Positions 1-8,220 of a DNA stretch of 56,109 nt are shown piece by piece (within the stretch, counting starts at the first letter, position 1; each line of letters begins with the position of its first letter). Below the pieces are notes generated by a model. It was given only the letters and a program-made list of their open reading frames with translations. It did not search any database and was not told where the DNA came from. Origin of the DNA: a virus (lineage: Duplodnaviria > Caudoviricetes); IMG/VR virus record IMGVR_UViG_3300037420_000316, positions 1-56,109 of that record. The stretch is one strand, 5' to 3'. The translations under genes and the position numbers were made by a program.

Positions 1-284
1 AGCAGCAAAGATCCTGCGCAGGTTTCAAAGTCGCCAGGATCGCTCGGTCGACCCCTGCTCCAGGCCGATGACGTGCATCTCTATGCAGGATGAAGGACCT
101 AGGGCGTCATCCCAAACGCTCATCAGCCTTCCTTCCCTCCCCCTCCTCCTTCATCCCCTCTTCCTCCGCTGCAAGACCTCTCCGGTGAAGAAAGTTCAGA
201 AAGTTTGAGGCTCGACCTTCCGAATCGTCCTCCTCCGACCGATGTTACTTATGTAAGCATGAAGAGATGAAGGATGAACAACCT

Positions 285-353
285 CGAAGGAGCGAAGCGA
301 CTGAGAGGTTGTAGAGGGTAGAAGAACAACTCCGAAGGAGCGAAGCGACTGAG
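285..353 (+). repeat. Two 21-bp direct repeats CGAAGGAGCGAAGCGACTGAG
   Basis: Identical copies at 285-305 and 333-353, each closely preceded by GAACAAC. Confidence 0.9.
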
Positions 354-506
354 GAGTTGTGGAGGAAGAAGACCTTTGACCTTCATCTCTAAGGTGTTCA
401 GGTAGCCCTCAGCAAGCCCCGCGTCCACGGGTCGCCGTAGGCGGTCCCACCGGGCGTAGCCCGACACGTGGGCGGGGCAACAACTTGGGGAGGGAGGCGT
501 TTAGCC

Positions 507-821
507 ATGTCGTGGTCGAATAGCACCAGACGAGATCGCCTCCCTCCCGATTGGCAGTCCATTCGCCGTCGCATTCTCCGACGCGACGGATACATGTGCC
601 AGTGGCGACTTCCTGATGGAACTCTCTGTCTCGATTCCGCCACTGATGTAGACCACATAAACCCCGGTGACGACCACCGGGAATCCAACCTCCAGTCGCT
701 ATGCCCGATGCATCACGCACGGAAGAGTGCCGGCGAGGGCGGTAAAGCCGTTGCAGCAAAGAAGCGAGCGGCGGCAAACAGGTTTCAACGGGTCGAGGAG
801 CACCCCGGCCTAATGCGGTGA
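507..821 (+). CDS. HNH endonuclease (packaging-associated)
   Basis: RDGYMCQ...ATDVDHI...NLQSLCPMHH; GGGAGG RBS before ATG 507; upstream of terminase. Confidence 0.88.
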   Translation: MSWSNSTRRDRLPPDWQSIRRRILRRDGYMCQWRLPDGTLCLDSATDVDHINPGDDHRESNLQSLCPMHHARKSAGEGGKAVAAKKRAAANRFQRVEEHPGLMR

Positions 822-887
822 CCGCTGTGCGCGGAGGCGAGATTCCAACCCTTGCCGTGCGGGGTTCGATTCCTCGTCGCCGTGCCA
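815..887 (+). tRNA. Non-canonical tRNA-Trp(CCA)-like gene
   Basis: Acceptor GCGGTGA/TCGCCGT, G discriminator, encoded CCA; T arm CGGGG-TTCGATT-CCTCG; anticodon stem GGCGAG/CTTGCC with TT-CCA-AC loop; reduced D arm CCGC-TGTGC-GCGG. Confidence 0.65.
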
Positions 888-888
888 T

Positions 889-961
889 TCCCCTGTAGCT
901 CAGTTGGTAGAGCGAGGGCTTGTTAAGCCCCAGGTCCTAGGTTCGAGTCCTAGTGGGGGAG
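889..961 (+). tRNA. tRNA-Asn(GTT)
   Basis: Acceptor TCCCCTG/TGGGGGA, D arm GCTC-AGTTGGTA-GAGC, loop TT-GTT-AA, T arm CTAGG-TTCGAGT-CCTAG, G73; CCA not encoded. Confidence 0.92.
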
Positions 962-965
962 CGCA

Positions 966-1063
966 GAGGGTTATGCGGGTTCGAGTCCCGTCCGCAGGGA
1001 GTAACGACGGCTGGTCGCGACCGGCTCGAGCATCTGCGGTAGCTCAATGGGCAGAGCACCCTC
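966..1063 (+). ncRNA. Circularly permuted tRNA-like RNA (3' half precedes 5' half)
   Basis: GAGGG (966-970), T arm GCGGG-TTCGAGT-CCCGT, CCGCAGG (992-998), 34-nt linker, TCTGCGG (1033-1039), TA, D arm GCTC-AATGGGCA-GAGC, A, CCCTC (1059-1063); acceptor and anticodon stems pair across the halves. Confidence 0.8.
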
Positions 1064-1297
1064 GATTCTTACCCACCCCGTCCCTCGTGGGCGGGGTGTT
1101 CCATCCTCGGACTCCCCCGAGCGGCACGGGTCGCAACCTGCACGTTGGGAATCAGGAGTCCGACCACTTGGGGTTGAGGCGCGGAGCTCCGCTACCGGCT
1201 CCCCTCCCCCACGCCCCCTGCGAGTTGAGCGCGGTCCCCTCTCCCCGCCATCGCTCCTCGCAGGGGGCCTTCGACTTCCACAAGCAAGGAGAGCCCC

Positions 1298-2671
1298 ATG
1301 ACCAAGCCCCTCCGCATCGACGGCGTGGACATCTCGCACTACCAGTCCGGCAAGATCGACTGGGCCGCTGCCAAGAAGGCGGGCGTCAAGTTCGTCTTCC
1401 ACAAGGCCACCCAGGACGACGACTACGCCGATGACAGGTACTCCGCTCGCCGCAAGGAGCTGAAGGCCGCGGGCCTGCCCTTCGGTGCGTACCACTTCGC
1501 GGAGCCGGCCAAGGGTGACGCCGCCGAGGAGGCCAAGCACTTCCTCGAGCTCGCCAAGCCCGCTCCCGGCGACCTTCGCCCGGTGCTGGACCTTGAGGAG
1601 AACGACCACAACCTCAGCCGCGCTGACCTCACCCGCTGGGTCGGGACGTGGGTCGCGACGGTCAAGAAGGCGGTCGGGGTCTCCCCCATCATCTACACGA
1701 GCTACGACCTGGACGACACCTTCGGCTGCCTGCTGTGGCAGCCCCGGTACAACGACACGAACACTCCCCCGGAGACCGCCTCCCCCTGGAAGCGCTGGGA
1801 CATCTGGCAGTTCTCCAACGGCCAGTACGGCGTCCCGAACAGCGTCCCTGGTGTCGGCCACTGCGACATCAACCACATGCGCGACGGCCTGACGGTCAAC
1901 GACCTGCTGATCCCCGAGGTCGAGGTCACCGAGGACGTGAAGTACGTCCACGTGTCGCTCCAGGTCTCCGACACCCCCGAGCAGCAGAAGGCGGACGCCA
2001 AGAAGGTCTTCACGCGCTTCGCTGACGCCGACATCATCTCGGGCACCGAGGCTGGCCCTGCGTCCGATCTGGCTGAGTACCTCGCCGCCGAGGCGAAGGA
2101 GGCCGACTTCCGGTTCCACAAGCACCCTGGCGGGTCCGACGTGTGGATCGCGGTCAACCGCAAGCTCATCAAGGGCGACTGGCAGACCGACTACCAGCCG
2201 GTGGTCGACGGAGTGGCCGGGAAGTTCGCCGGCAAGGGCCTGCTGACCGTCTCGTTCGAGTCCACGCTCGGTCGCCGGATCTCGGTCGGCGCTGCGCACC
2301 ACATGTTCAAGGGCCAGCGCCCCGGAGACCCGTACTACGCCGACAACCTCCGTCTCACCGCCGCCATCGGCCAGTGGGCACGGGAGGCCGGCAGGGGCAG
2401 CGCCATCGTCTTCTACGCGGGCGACACCAACACCGTCGACCGCACCGAGGACGTGTTCCACGGTGCCCCGCTCACGACCGCGTGGGACGAGCTCGGACGC
2501 TACGAGAACACCGGCCACGGCAACATCGACGTGATCGCCTCGTTCGACCCCGACAAGGGCGTCACCGCGGTCTCCTGCGTGGCCCTGGATGACACCGAGC
2601 TTCGGATGTTCACCGACCACTTCCCCGTCATCGCCGTGTTCGCGGTCAAGGTGCCGAAGGAGGCTGCCTGA
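1298..2671 (+). CDS. GH25 muramidase fused to C-terminal endonuclease/exonuclease/phosphatase (EEP)-like domain
   Basis: GVDISHYQ, KATQ, GAYHF, LDLEE, IWQFS (GH25); SGTE, GDTN, IDVI, TDHFPV (EEP-like); AAGGAG RBS. Confidence 0.8.
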   Translation: MTKPLRIDGVDISHYQSGKIDWAAAKKAGVKFVFHKATQDDDYADDRYSARRKELKAAGLPFGAYHFAEPAKGDAAEEAKHFLELAKPAPGDLRPVLDLEENDHNLSRADLTRWVGTWVATVKKAVGVSPIIYTSYDLDDTFGCLLWQPRYNDTNTPPETASPWKRWDIWQFSNGQYGVPNSVPGVGHCDINHMRDGLTVNDLLIPEVEVTEDVKYVHVSLQVSDTPEQQKADAKKVFTRFADADIISGTEAGPASDLAEYLAAEAKEADFRFHKHPGGSDVWIAVNRKLIKGDWQTDYQPVVDGVAGKFAGKGLLTVSFESTLGRRISVGAAHHMFKGQRPGDPYYADNLRLTAAIGQWAREAGRGSAIVFYAGDTNTVDRTEDVFHGAPLTTAWDELGRYENTGHGNIDVIASFDPDKGVTAVSCVALDDTELRMFTDHFPVIAVFAVKVPKEAA

Positions 2672-3150
2672 TGGGCTCCCGTGGACCCGTTCCCAACCGC
2701 TCCGACGACCTCTCGCGTGAGCGGGATGCCAACCGCGGGGGTCGGCCTGAGATCACGACCGGCGAACTTCGCCCCGTCACGATCCCCGAGGCCGACCCCG
2801 ACTGGCACCCCATTGCGCTCATGCTCTGGGAGGGCCTGATCGCGAGCGGTCAGAGCGACTTCTACCAGCAGAGCGACTGGGCCTTCGCCTACTCCCTGAT
2901 GGAGGACCTGACCCGCTACAAGGAGCCGTACAGGGTCGACCTCGACACCGGGGAGATCAACTACGGCAAGCGGTCGGGACAGATGCTCCAGACCATCTAC
3001 TCCGCGATGGAGCGCCTCCTTGTGACCGAGGGGGACCGTCGCCGCGCTCGGCTCGAGCTGACCGCACCCGACACCAGTGACGAGGACGCCGCCGTGCTGA
3101 CTCTCGCTGACTACACCGCCGACCTCGGCCTCGAGGACGCCAACGACTGA
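2671..3150 (+). CDS. Terminase small subunit (putative)
   Basis: MGSRGPVPNRS start, DWHPIA...SGQSDFYQQSDW, LLVTEGDRRRARLEL as in actinophage genes directly upstream of TerL. Confidence 0.75.
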   Translation: MGSRGPVPNRSDDLSRERDANRGGRPEITTGELRPVTIPEADPDWHPIALMLWEGLIASGQSDFYQQSDWAFAYSLMEDLTRYKEPYRVDLDTGEINYGKRSGQMLQTIYSAMERLLVTEGDRRRARLELTAPDTSDEDAAVLTLADYTADLGLEDAND

Positions 3151-3170
3151 CGGTCACGAGGAGGTGACCG

Positions 3171-4871
3171 ATCATCGACGCGCCCAAGCTTCACAAGCCC
3201 CAGCTCACCATCGAGGAGCTCGAGGCCCTTCAGCACATCTTCACCGGCCCCACGTGGCAGAAGAACGAGGACGGCAAGTGGCACCTGCCCGAGCGCACGC
3301 TCGGCTGGGAGATCGCCGTCTGGTGCTCGAAGTGGCTGAACGGCATGGACGGCAAGGCGTGGAAGTTCACGCCCGAGCAGCTCCGCTTCCTCCTCTGGTG
3401 GTACGCCGTCGATGAGGATGGTCGCTTCGTCTACCGAACCGGAGTCCTTCAGAGGATGAAGGGTTGGGGCAAGGACCCGCTCCTCGCTGTCATCTCGCTG
3501 GTCGAGTTCGTCGGCCCGAGCCGGCCCAACATCACGCCGTACGGCGTCGAGTACCACCACCTGCCGGGTGTCGGGTTGATGCCCAAGGGCGTCCCCCACC
3601 CGCAGGCGTGGGTGCAGATCACGGCTGTCTCGCAAGAGCAGACGACCAACACCATGTCGATGTTCCCGATCCTGATGTCCGAGGCGTTCATCGCCAACTT
3701 CGGCATCAAGCCGGGTGCCGAGCTGATCCGCGCCGACAACGGCAAGAAGCGGCTCCAGGCCGTCACCAGCTCGTACCGCGCGATCGAGGGCAAGCGAACC
3801 ACGTTCACGCTGCTCAACGAGACGCACCACTGGGTGCTGGGCAACGACGGTCACAAGATGGCCGAGACCATCGACGGTAACGCGACCAAGATGAAGTCGC
3901 GCTACCTCGCGATCACCAACGCCTACCTCCCCGGCGAAGACTCCGTGGCCGAGCGGATGCGTGAGTCGTGGCAGAAGGTCCAGGACGGACGAGCTGCCGA
4001 CATCAAGATGCTCTATGACAGCATCGAGGCTCACCCGCTCACGCCGCTGACGCCCGAGGCCCTGCGCATCGTGCTCCCCAAGATCCGCGGCGATGCGGTC
4101 TGGCTGGACATCGAGGACATCATCCTCTCGGTCCTGAACACCCAGATCGCCCCCTCGCGGTCTCGCCGGATGTACCTCAACCAGATCGTCGCCGAAGAGG
4201 ACGCGATCTTCGGTCCCGAGAACTGGACTCCGCTGGAAGACCCCACGGCAGTCCTGATGCCCGGTGACGAGATCGTGCTCGGCTTCGACGGTGGTCGCAC
4301 AGACGACTCCACCGCCCTGGTGGCCCTCCGGGTCCGAGATGCCTGCGCGTTCCTGCTGCTGCTCGAGGAGAAGCCCGACAACTGGCCCACCGGGCGCGAT
4401 GCGCCCAAGTGGCAGGTGAACACCGAGAAGGTCGACACTGCCGTCCACGACGCCTTCCGCCTCTACGCGGTGAAGGGGTTCTACGGCGACGTGGCCCTCT
4501 GGGAGTCCTACCTCGACTCGTGGGCCGAGGCGTACCGCGAGGTCGTCACGGTCAAGGCCACCGGCAGCCACGCCTTCGCGTGGGACATGCGGACCTCGCT
4601 TCAGCGAGTGACCCGAGCTCACGAGCGGTTCATGCAGGCCGTCTTCGACGGTGTGATCCGACACGACGGAGATCCCGACCTCAAGCGCCACGTGCTCAAC
4701 GCACGTCGCCGCGTCAACAACTACGGCATCTCGTTCGGCAAGGAGAGCAGGGAGTCGCCCCGCAAGGTCGACGCCTACGCGGCTCTGATGCTCGCGCACG
4801 AGGCCCTGCACGACCTCCGAACCAACAGCAAGCCCGAGAAGAAGCGCACGGGCAACTCCTACTTCCTATAG
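3171..4871 (+). CDS. terL: Terminase large subunit (probable ATC start at 3171 or 3174; first ATG at 3345)
   Basis: RMKGWGKD Walker A, LLNETHHW Walker B, LGFDGGRTDDSTA and KVDAYAA nuclease motifs; frame open from 3168 after a GGAGG RBS. Confidence 0.92.
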   Translation: MIDAPKLHKPQLTIEELEALQHIFTGPTWQKNEDGKWHLPERTLGWEIAVWCSKWLNGMDGKAWKFTPEQLRFLLWWYAVDEDGRFVYRTGVLQRMKGWGKDPLLAVISLVEFVGPSRPNITPYGVEYHHLPGVGLMPKGVPHPQAWVQITAVSQEQTTNTMSMFPILMSEAFIANFGIKPGAELIRADNGKKRLQAVTSSYRAIEGKRTTFTLLNETHHWVLGNDGHKMAETIDGNATKMKSRYLAITNAYLPGEDSVAERMRESWQKVQDGRAADIKMLYDSIEAHPLTPLTPEALRIVLPKIRGDAVWLDIEDIILSVLNTQIAPSRSRRMYLNQIVAEEDAIFGPENWTPLEDPTAVLMPGDEIVLGFDGGRTDDSTALVALRVRDACAFLLLLEEKPDNWPTGRDAPKWQVNTEKVDTAVHDAFRLYAVKGFYGDVALWESYLDSWAEAYREVVTVKATGSHAFAWDMRTSLQRVTRAHERFMQAVFDGVIRHDGDPDLKRHVLNARRRVNNYGISFGKESRESPRKVDAYAALMLAHEALHDLRTNSKPEKKRTGNSYFL

Positions 4872-4875
4872 TAAG

Positions 4876-6375
4876 GTGGGTAACTTAGAGTTGGCTACCC
4901 CAACCCCCAAGGCGCTCGCCTCGGAGCTGCTCGCGATCATCAACGCGGACTTCCCCCGGCTCGAGCGCATCGACAAGTACATCCACGGTCAGCACGACGA
5001 CCCCTACATGCCGAAGACGGCTGACGCCGAGTACAAGATGCTCGCGAAGCGGTCGACCTCGAACTGGATGCCGCTGCTCATCGGCACGCCGGCCCAGGCG
5101 CTCTACGTCGATGGGTTCCGTCCCGGTCGCAAGGTCGACCCCGCCAAGGGCGAGCGCAGCACTCCCGAATGGGAGCACTGGCAGAACTCGCACATGGACG
5201 CGAAGCAGATCGCGATTCACCGCGCTGCTCTCGGCTACGGCCACTCCTTCACGCTCACCGAGAAGGTCGACGGCAAGGTCAAGACGAAGGGCCTCAGCGC
5301 CCTACGTACCGCGGCGCTGTATGAGGACGCCGCGAACGACAACGACCCGTATGCCGCGCTGACCGTTCTCTCCCTCCCGAAGGGTGACACTCCCGGCAAG
5401 GCCCGCCTCTGGGATGCCAAGAACGAGTACGAGATCTCGTTCAAGGCCCTGGCCGGCGAGCAGGAGATCGAGGTCGGCAAGCCGCAGGCTCACGGCCTTC
5501 AGGAGTGCCCCGTCACTCGCTTCGCTGCTGCCGTCGACCTCGAGGGTCGCACGGTCGGCATCGTTGAGCCGCTGATCCCGCTCCAGAACCGGATCAACCA
5601 GACGGTCTTCGACCTCCTGGTCACCCAGACCTACGCGAGCTTCAAGGTCCGCTACGCGACCGGCATGGCTCCCCCGCTGATGATCCAGTGGTACGACGAG
5701 CAGGGCTACCCCAAGGCCGAGCCCGCCGACATCGAGAACCCGCCTGCGGGCTGGACCACCAAGCAGGTCCCGGTCCCGATGGACCACAACGCTCGCCGGT
5801 TCCTCTTCGCCGAGGACCACGAGGCGCGCTTCGGCTCGCTGGACGAGTCCCCGCTGGGTGGCTTCATCGAGTCCATCGAGATGAGCGTCAAGCACCTCTC
5901 GGCCCTCGCCCAGGTCCCGCCCCATCACCTCCTCGGTCAGATCGCGAACCTCTCCGCAGAGGCGCTTCAGGCCGCGGAGACCTCGCTGACCCGCAAGGTC
6001 GAGGAGTTCCGTAAGTCGTTCGGCGAGAGCTGGGAGCGCGTCTTCCGGCTGGCTGGCGCACTTGGCGGCAACGCCGCTTCGGCTCAGGACAACTCGGGCG
6101 AGGTCATCTGGCGTGACATGGAGCAGAAGTCGCTGGCCCAGTCTGCCGACGCGCTCGGCAAGATGGCCGAGTCGCTCGACATCCCCAAGCGTGGCCTCTG
6201 GGAGCGCATCCCTGGCATCACGCAGGGCGAGATCGACTACTGGAACGACCTCCGCGAGACCGACGACTTCGAGCGGCAGATGGCCGAGTCCCTCGAGCGA
6301 GCCTCGAGCCCCGGCCAGACGTTCGGCTCCACGAGCTCGCGGACGACCGGCAACCTCGATGAGAAGCTGACCTAA
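4876..6375 (+). CDS. Portal protein (start may be TTG 4891)
   Basis: 499 aa after TerL; NWMPLLI, GIVEPLIPLQNRINQT, NLSAEAL, ESWERVFRL as in SPP1 gp6-like actinophage portals. Confidence 0.9.
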   Translation: MGNLELATPTPKALASELLAIINADFPRLERIDKYIHGQHDDPYMPKTADAEYKMLAKRSTSNWMPLLIGTPAQALYVDGFRPGRKVDPAKGERSTPEWEHWQNSHMDAKQIAIHRAALGYGHSFTLTEKVDGKVKTKGLSALRTAALYEDAANDNDPYAALTVLSLPKGDTPGKARLWDAKNEYEISFKALAGEQEIEVGKPQAHGLQECPVTRFAAAVDLEGRTVGIVEPLIPLQNRINQTVFDLLVTQTYASFKVRYATGMAPPLMIQWYDEQGYPKAEPADIENPPAGWTTKQVPVPMDHNARRFLFAEDHEARFGSLDESPLGGFIESIEMSVKHLSALAQVPPHHLLGQIANLSAEALQAAETSLTRKVEEFRKSFGESWERVFRLAGALGGNAASAQDNSGEVIWRDMEQKSLAQSADALGKMAESLDIPKRGLWERIPGITQGEIDYWNDLRETDDFERQMAESLERASSPGQTFGSTSSRTTGNLDEKLT

Positions 6376-6379
6376 GCGG

Positions 6380-7498
6380 ATGACGCCCGAGCAGCTTGAG
6401 GAGCTGGAGCGATCTTCGTCGCTCTACCAGACGACCCTGGTTGCCCTCGGAGCGCAGACCGTCAAGGACTCCCTGTCCCTCTGGGCAGATGTCCCTCCCC
6501 TTCCCGAGAACGCGAGCAGCCAGTCCACCGCAAAGTGGCTGGCTGCCGCGGTCGCCTACGTGATGCACCGCAGGCTGCGGGCACGCGATCTGGCACTGGC
6601 GTACTACCGCTACCAGCGGGCCATCGCCACCGGGAAGACCATCGGTCTGCCAGGGCAGGAGAACCCGCCCTACATCTCGCTCCCCGAGCTCAAGCGTGAG
6701 TTCGAGGCAACCCTCCACCCCGACCTCGTGACGGCCCCTGAGGCTGCGCAGGAACCGGGTACCGACAATCCCCCAGCGGACGGCTCCCAGCCCGACACGG
6801 GCGAAGGAGCGGGCGCACAGACCCCTTCTGAGCCGTCCGACCAAGACCAGATCGAGGTAGAGGAGATTCCTGGCCTCCAGGAGATCCTCGACAACATCGA
6901 GGCGCAGGCCGAGCAGGCGGTTCAGCAGAACCTCCAGAACCTCGGCCCGAAGAACCTCGACAACAAGATCAAGCAGCTCCACCCCGACGCCCCTGCCGAG
7001 CAGTCCGACAAGGACCGCCAGCAGGCCCACAGGGACGCCGGTAACCGACAGGCTGCATCAGCGGCCCGCAACGTGATGAACGGGGCTAGAGGCCCCCTCT
7101 ACGCGGTCGGTTCCAGCGACGGCAGCGTGCTCGGCTTCGTCCGCATGTCGAAGACCGGCACCCCCTGTGGGTGGTGCGCAATGCTGATCTCCCGCGGCTT
7201 CATCGCGAAGTCTGTGGTGGGCAGTTCTCTGTTCAAGAGTGCCCAGGGCACGGGCCAGTTCGGCGACGACATCGTGACGTTCGGCGATCTGGACCTCTAC
7301 CACGACAACTGCCAGTGCTATGCGGTCCCCATCTACAGCATGGCGCAGCTCAAGGGCGCGCAGTTCGCACTCAACCGCGAGTACGCCGCCCTCTGGCCTC
7401 GAGTCACTCGAGGTCTAGGTGGGAAGGACGCCCTCACCGTGTGGCGTCGTCACTTCAGGAATGCCCAGTCGCATAAGTCCCAGGGGGCTGCGGCGTAG
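6380..7498 (+). CDS. Capsid maturation protease / MuF-like head protein
   Basis: Follows portal; PCGWCAMLISRG and YHDNCQC motifs. Confidence 0.75.
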   Translation: MTPEQLEELERSSSLYQTTLVALGAQTVKDSLSLWADVPPLPENASSQSTAKWLAAAVAYVMHRRLRARDLALAYYRYQRAIATGKTIGLPGQENPPYISLPELKREFEATLHPDLVTAPEAAQEPGTDNPPADGSQPDTGEGAGAQTPSEPSDQDQIEVEEIPGLQEILDNIEAQAEQAVQQNLQNLGPKNLDNKIKQLHPDAPAEQSDKDRQQAHRDAGNRQAASAARNVMNGARGPLYAVGSSDGSVLGFVRMSKTGTPCGWCAMLISRGFIAKSVVGSSLFKSAQGTGQFGDDIVTFGDLDLYHDNCQCYAVPIYSMAQLKGAQFALNREYAALWPRVTRGLGGKDALTVWRRHFRNAQSHKSQGAAA

Positions 7499-7527
7499 TG
7501 GCGCTAACCGACCCAGGAGGTCACCGA

Positions 7528-8154
7528 GTGCAGACCACTCACCAGGAGTTCATCGAGTCCATCTTCGCCAAGAACAAGGCCCTCTACGGCGGGTACTTCA
7601 TGGAGCTCGAAGAGGGAGCGGAGAACGACGAGCAGAGCCAAGAGGAGTCCATCGAGGAGGAGTCGACCGAAGAGGTCGAGGAGTCCACCGAGGAGGAGTC
7701 TTCCGAGGAGGAGCCCGAAGAGAAGGCAGGCGACCTGCCGGACTGGGCTCGCGAGAAGCTGACCAAGGCGAACACCGAGGCTGCCAACTACCGCACCAAG
7801 CTCCGCGAGGCCGAGAAGAAGCTCGAGAACGTGAAGACCCTCGAAGAGGTCGACGCTCTCATCGCTGACCTCAAGGCCGAGCGCGAGAAGGAGTCGGCAG
7901 AGGAGGCCAAGGAGAAGCACGCACTCCTGGTCGAGAACATCGCACTCAAGTACAAGCTCCCCGAGAAGCTGGCGAAGCGTCTCGTGGGCAACACCCGCGA
8001 GGAGCTCGAGGCCGACGCCAAGGAGCTCGCTGCCGACTACGCGCAGGAGGCGCGGGAGATCCGCCTTGAGGGCGGGCTCAACCCCCGCGGTCGAGGCGAC
8101 GGCGACAACGCCGACCCCCGCACCCTCGCGAAGCAGCACGGCTCGCGCCGCTGA
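7528..8154 (+). CDS. Scaffolding protein
   Basis: Glu-rich N-terminus, EAANYRTKLRE, GNTREELEADAKEL; AGGAGG RBS before GTG 7528. Confidence 0.85.
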   Translation: MQTTHQEFIESIFAKNKALYGGYFMELEEGAENDEQSQEESIEEESTEEVEESTEEESSEEEPEEKAGDLPDWAREKLTKANTEAANYRTKLREAEKKLENVKTLEEVDALIADLKAEREKESAEEAKEKHALLVENIALKYKLPEKLAKRLVGNTREELEADAKELAADYAQEAREIRLEGGLNPRGRGDGDNADPRTLAKQHGSRR

Positions 8155-8220
8155 GCCGAACCCCCACAACCCCGACCCACTGGGCAACTTAGAGGTTGCC
8201 CGAACAAGAAAGAGAGATAA

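Noticed and set aside
966-1063. Two unrelated tRNA fragments or an att-site remnant
   Set aside because: The halves are mutually complementary in both acceptor and anticodon stems, and the integrase is a serine type with a candidate attP elsewhere; an assembly artefact cannot be fully excluded without reads
904-1434. ORFs 904-1434 and 1047-1301 as protein genes
   Set aside because: They run through tRNA-Asn and the structured RNAs, with no RBS or recognisable motif
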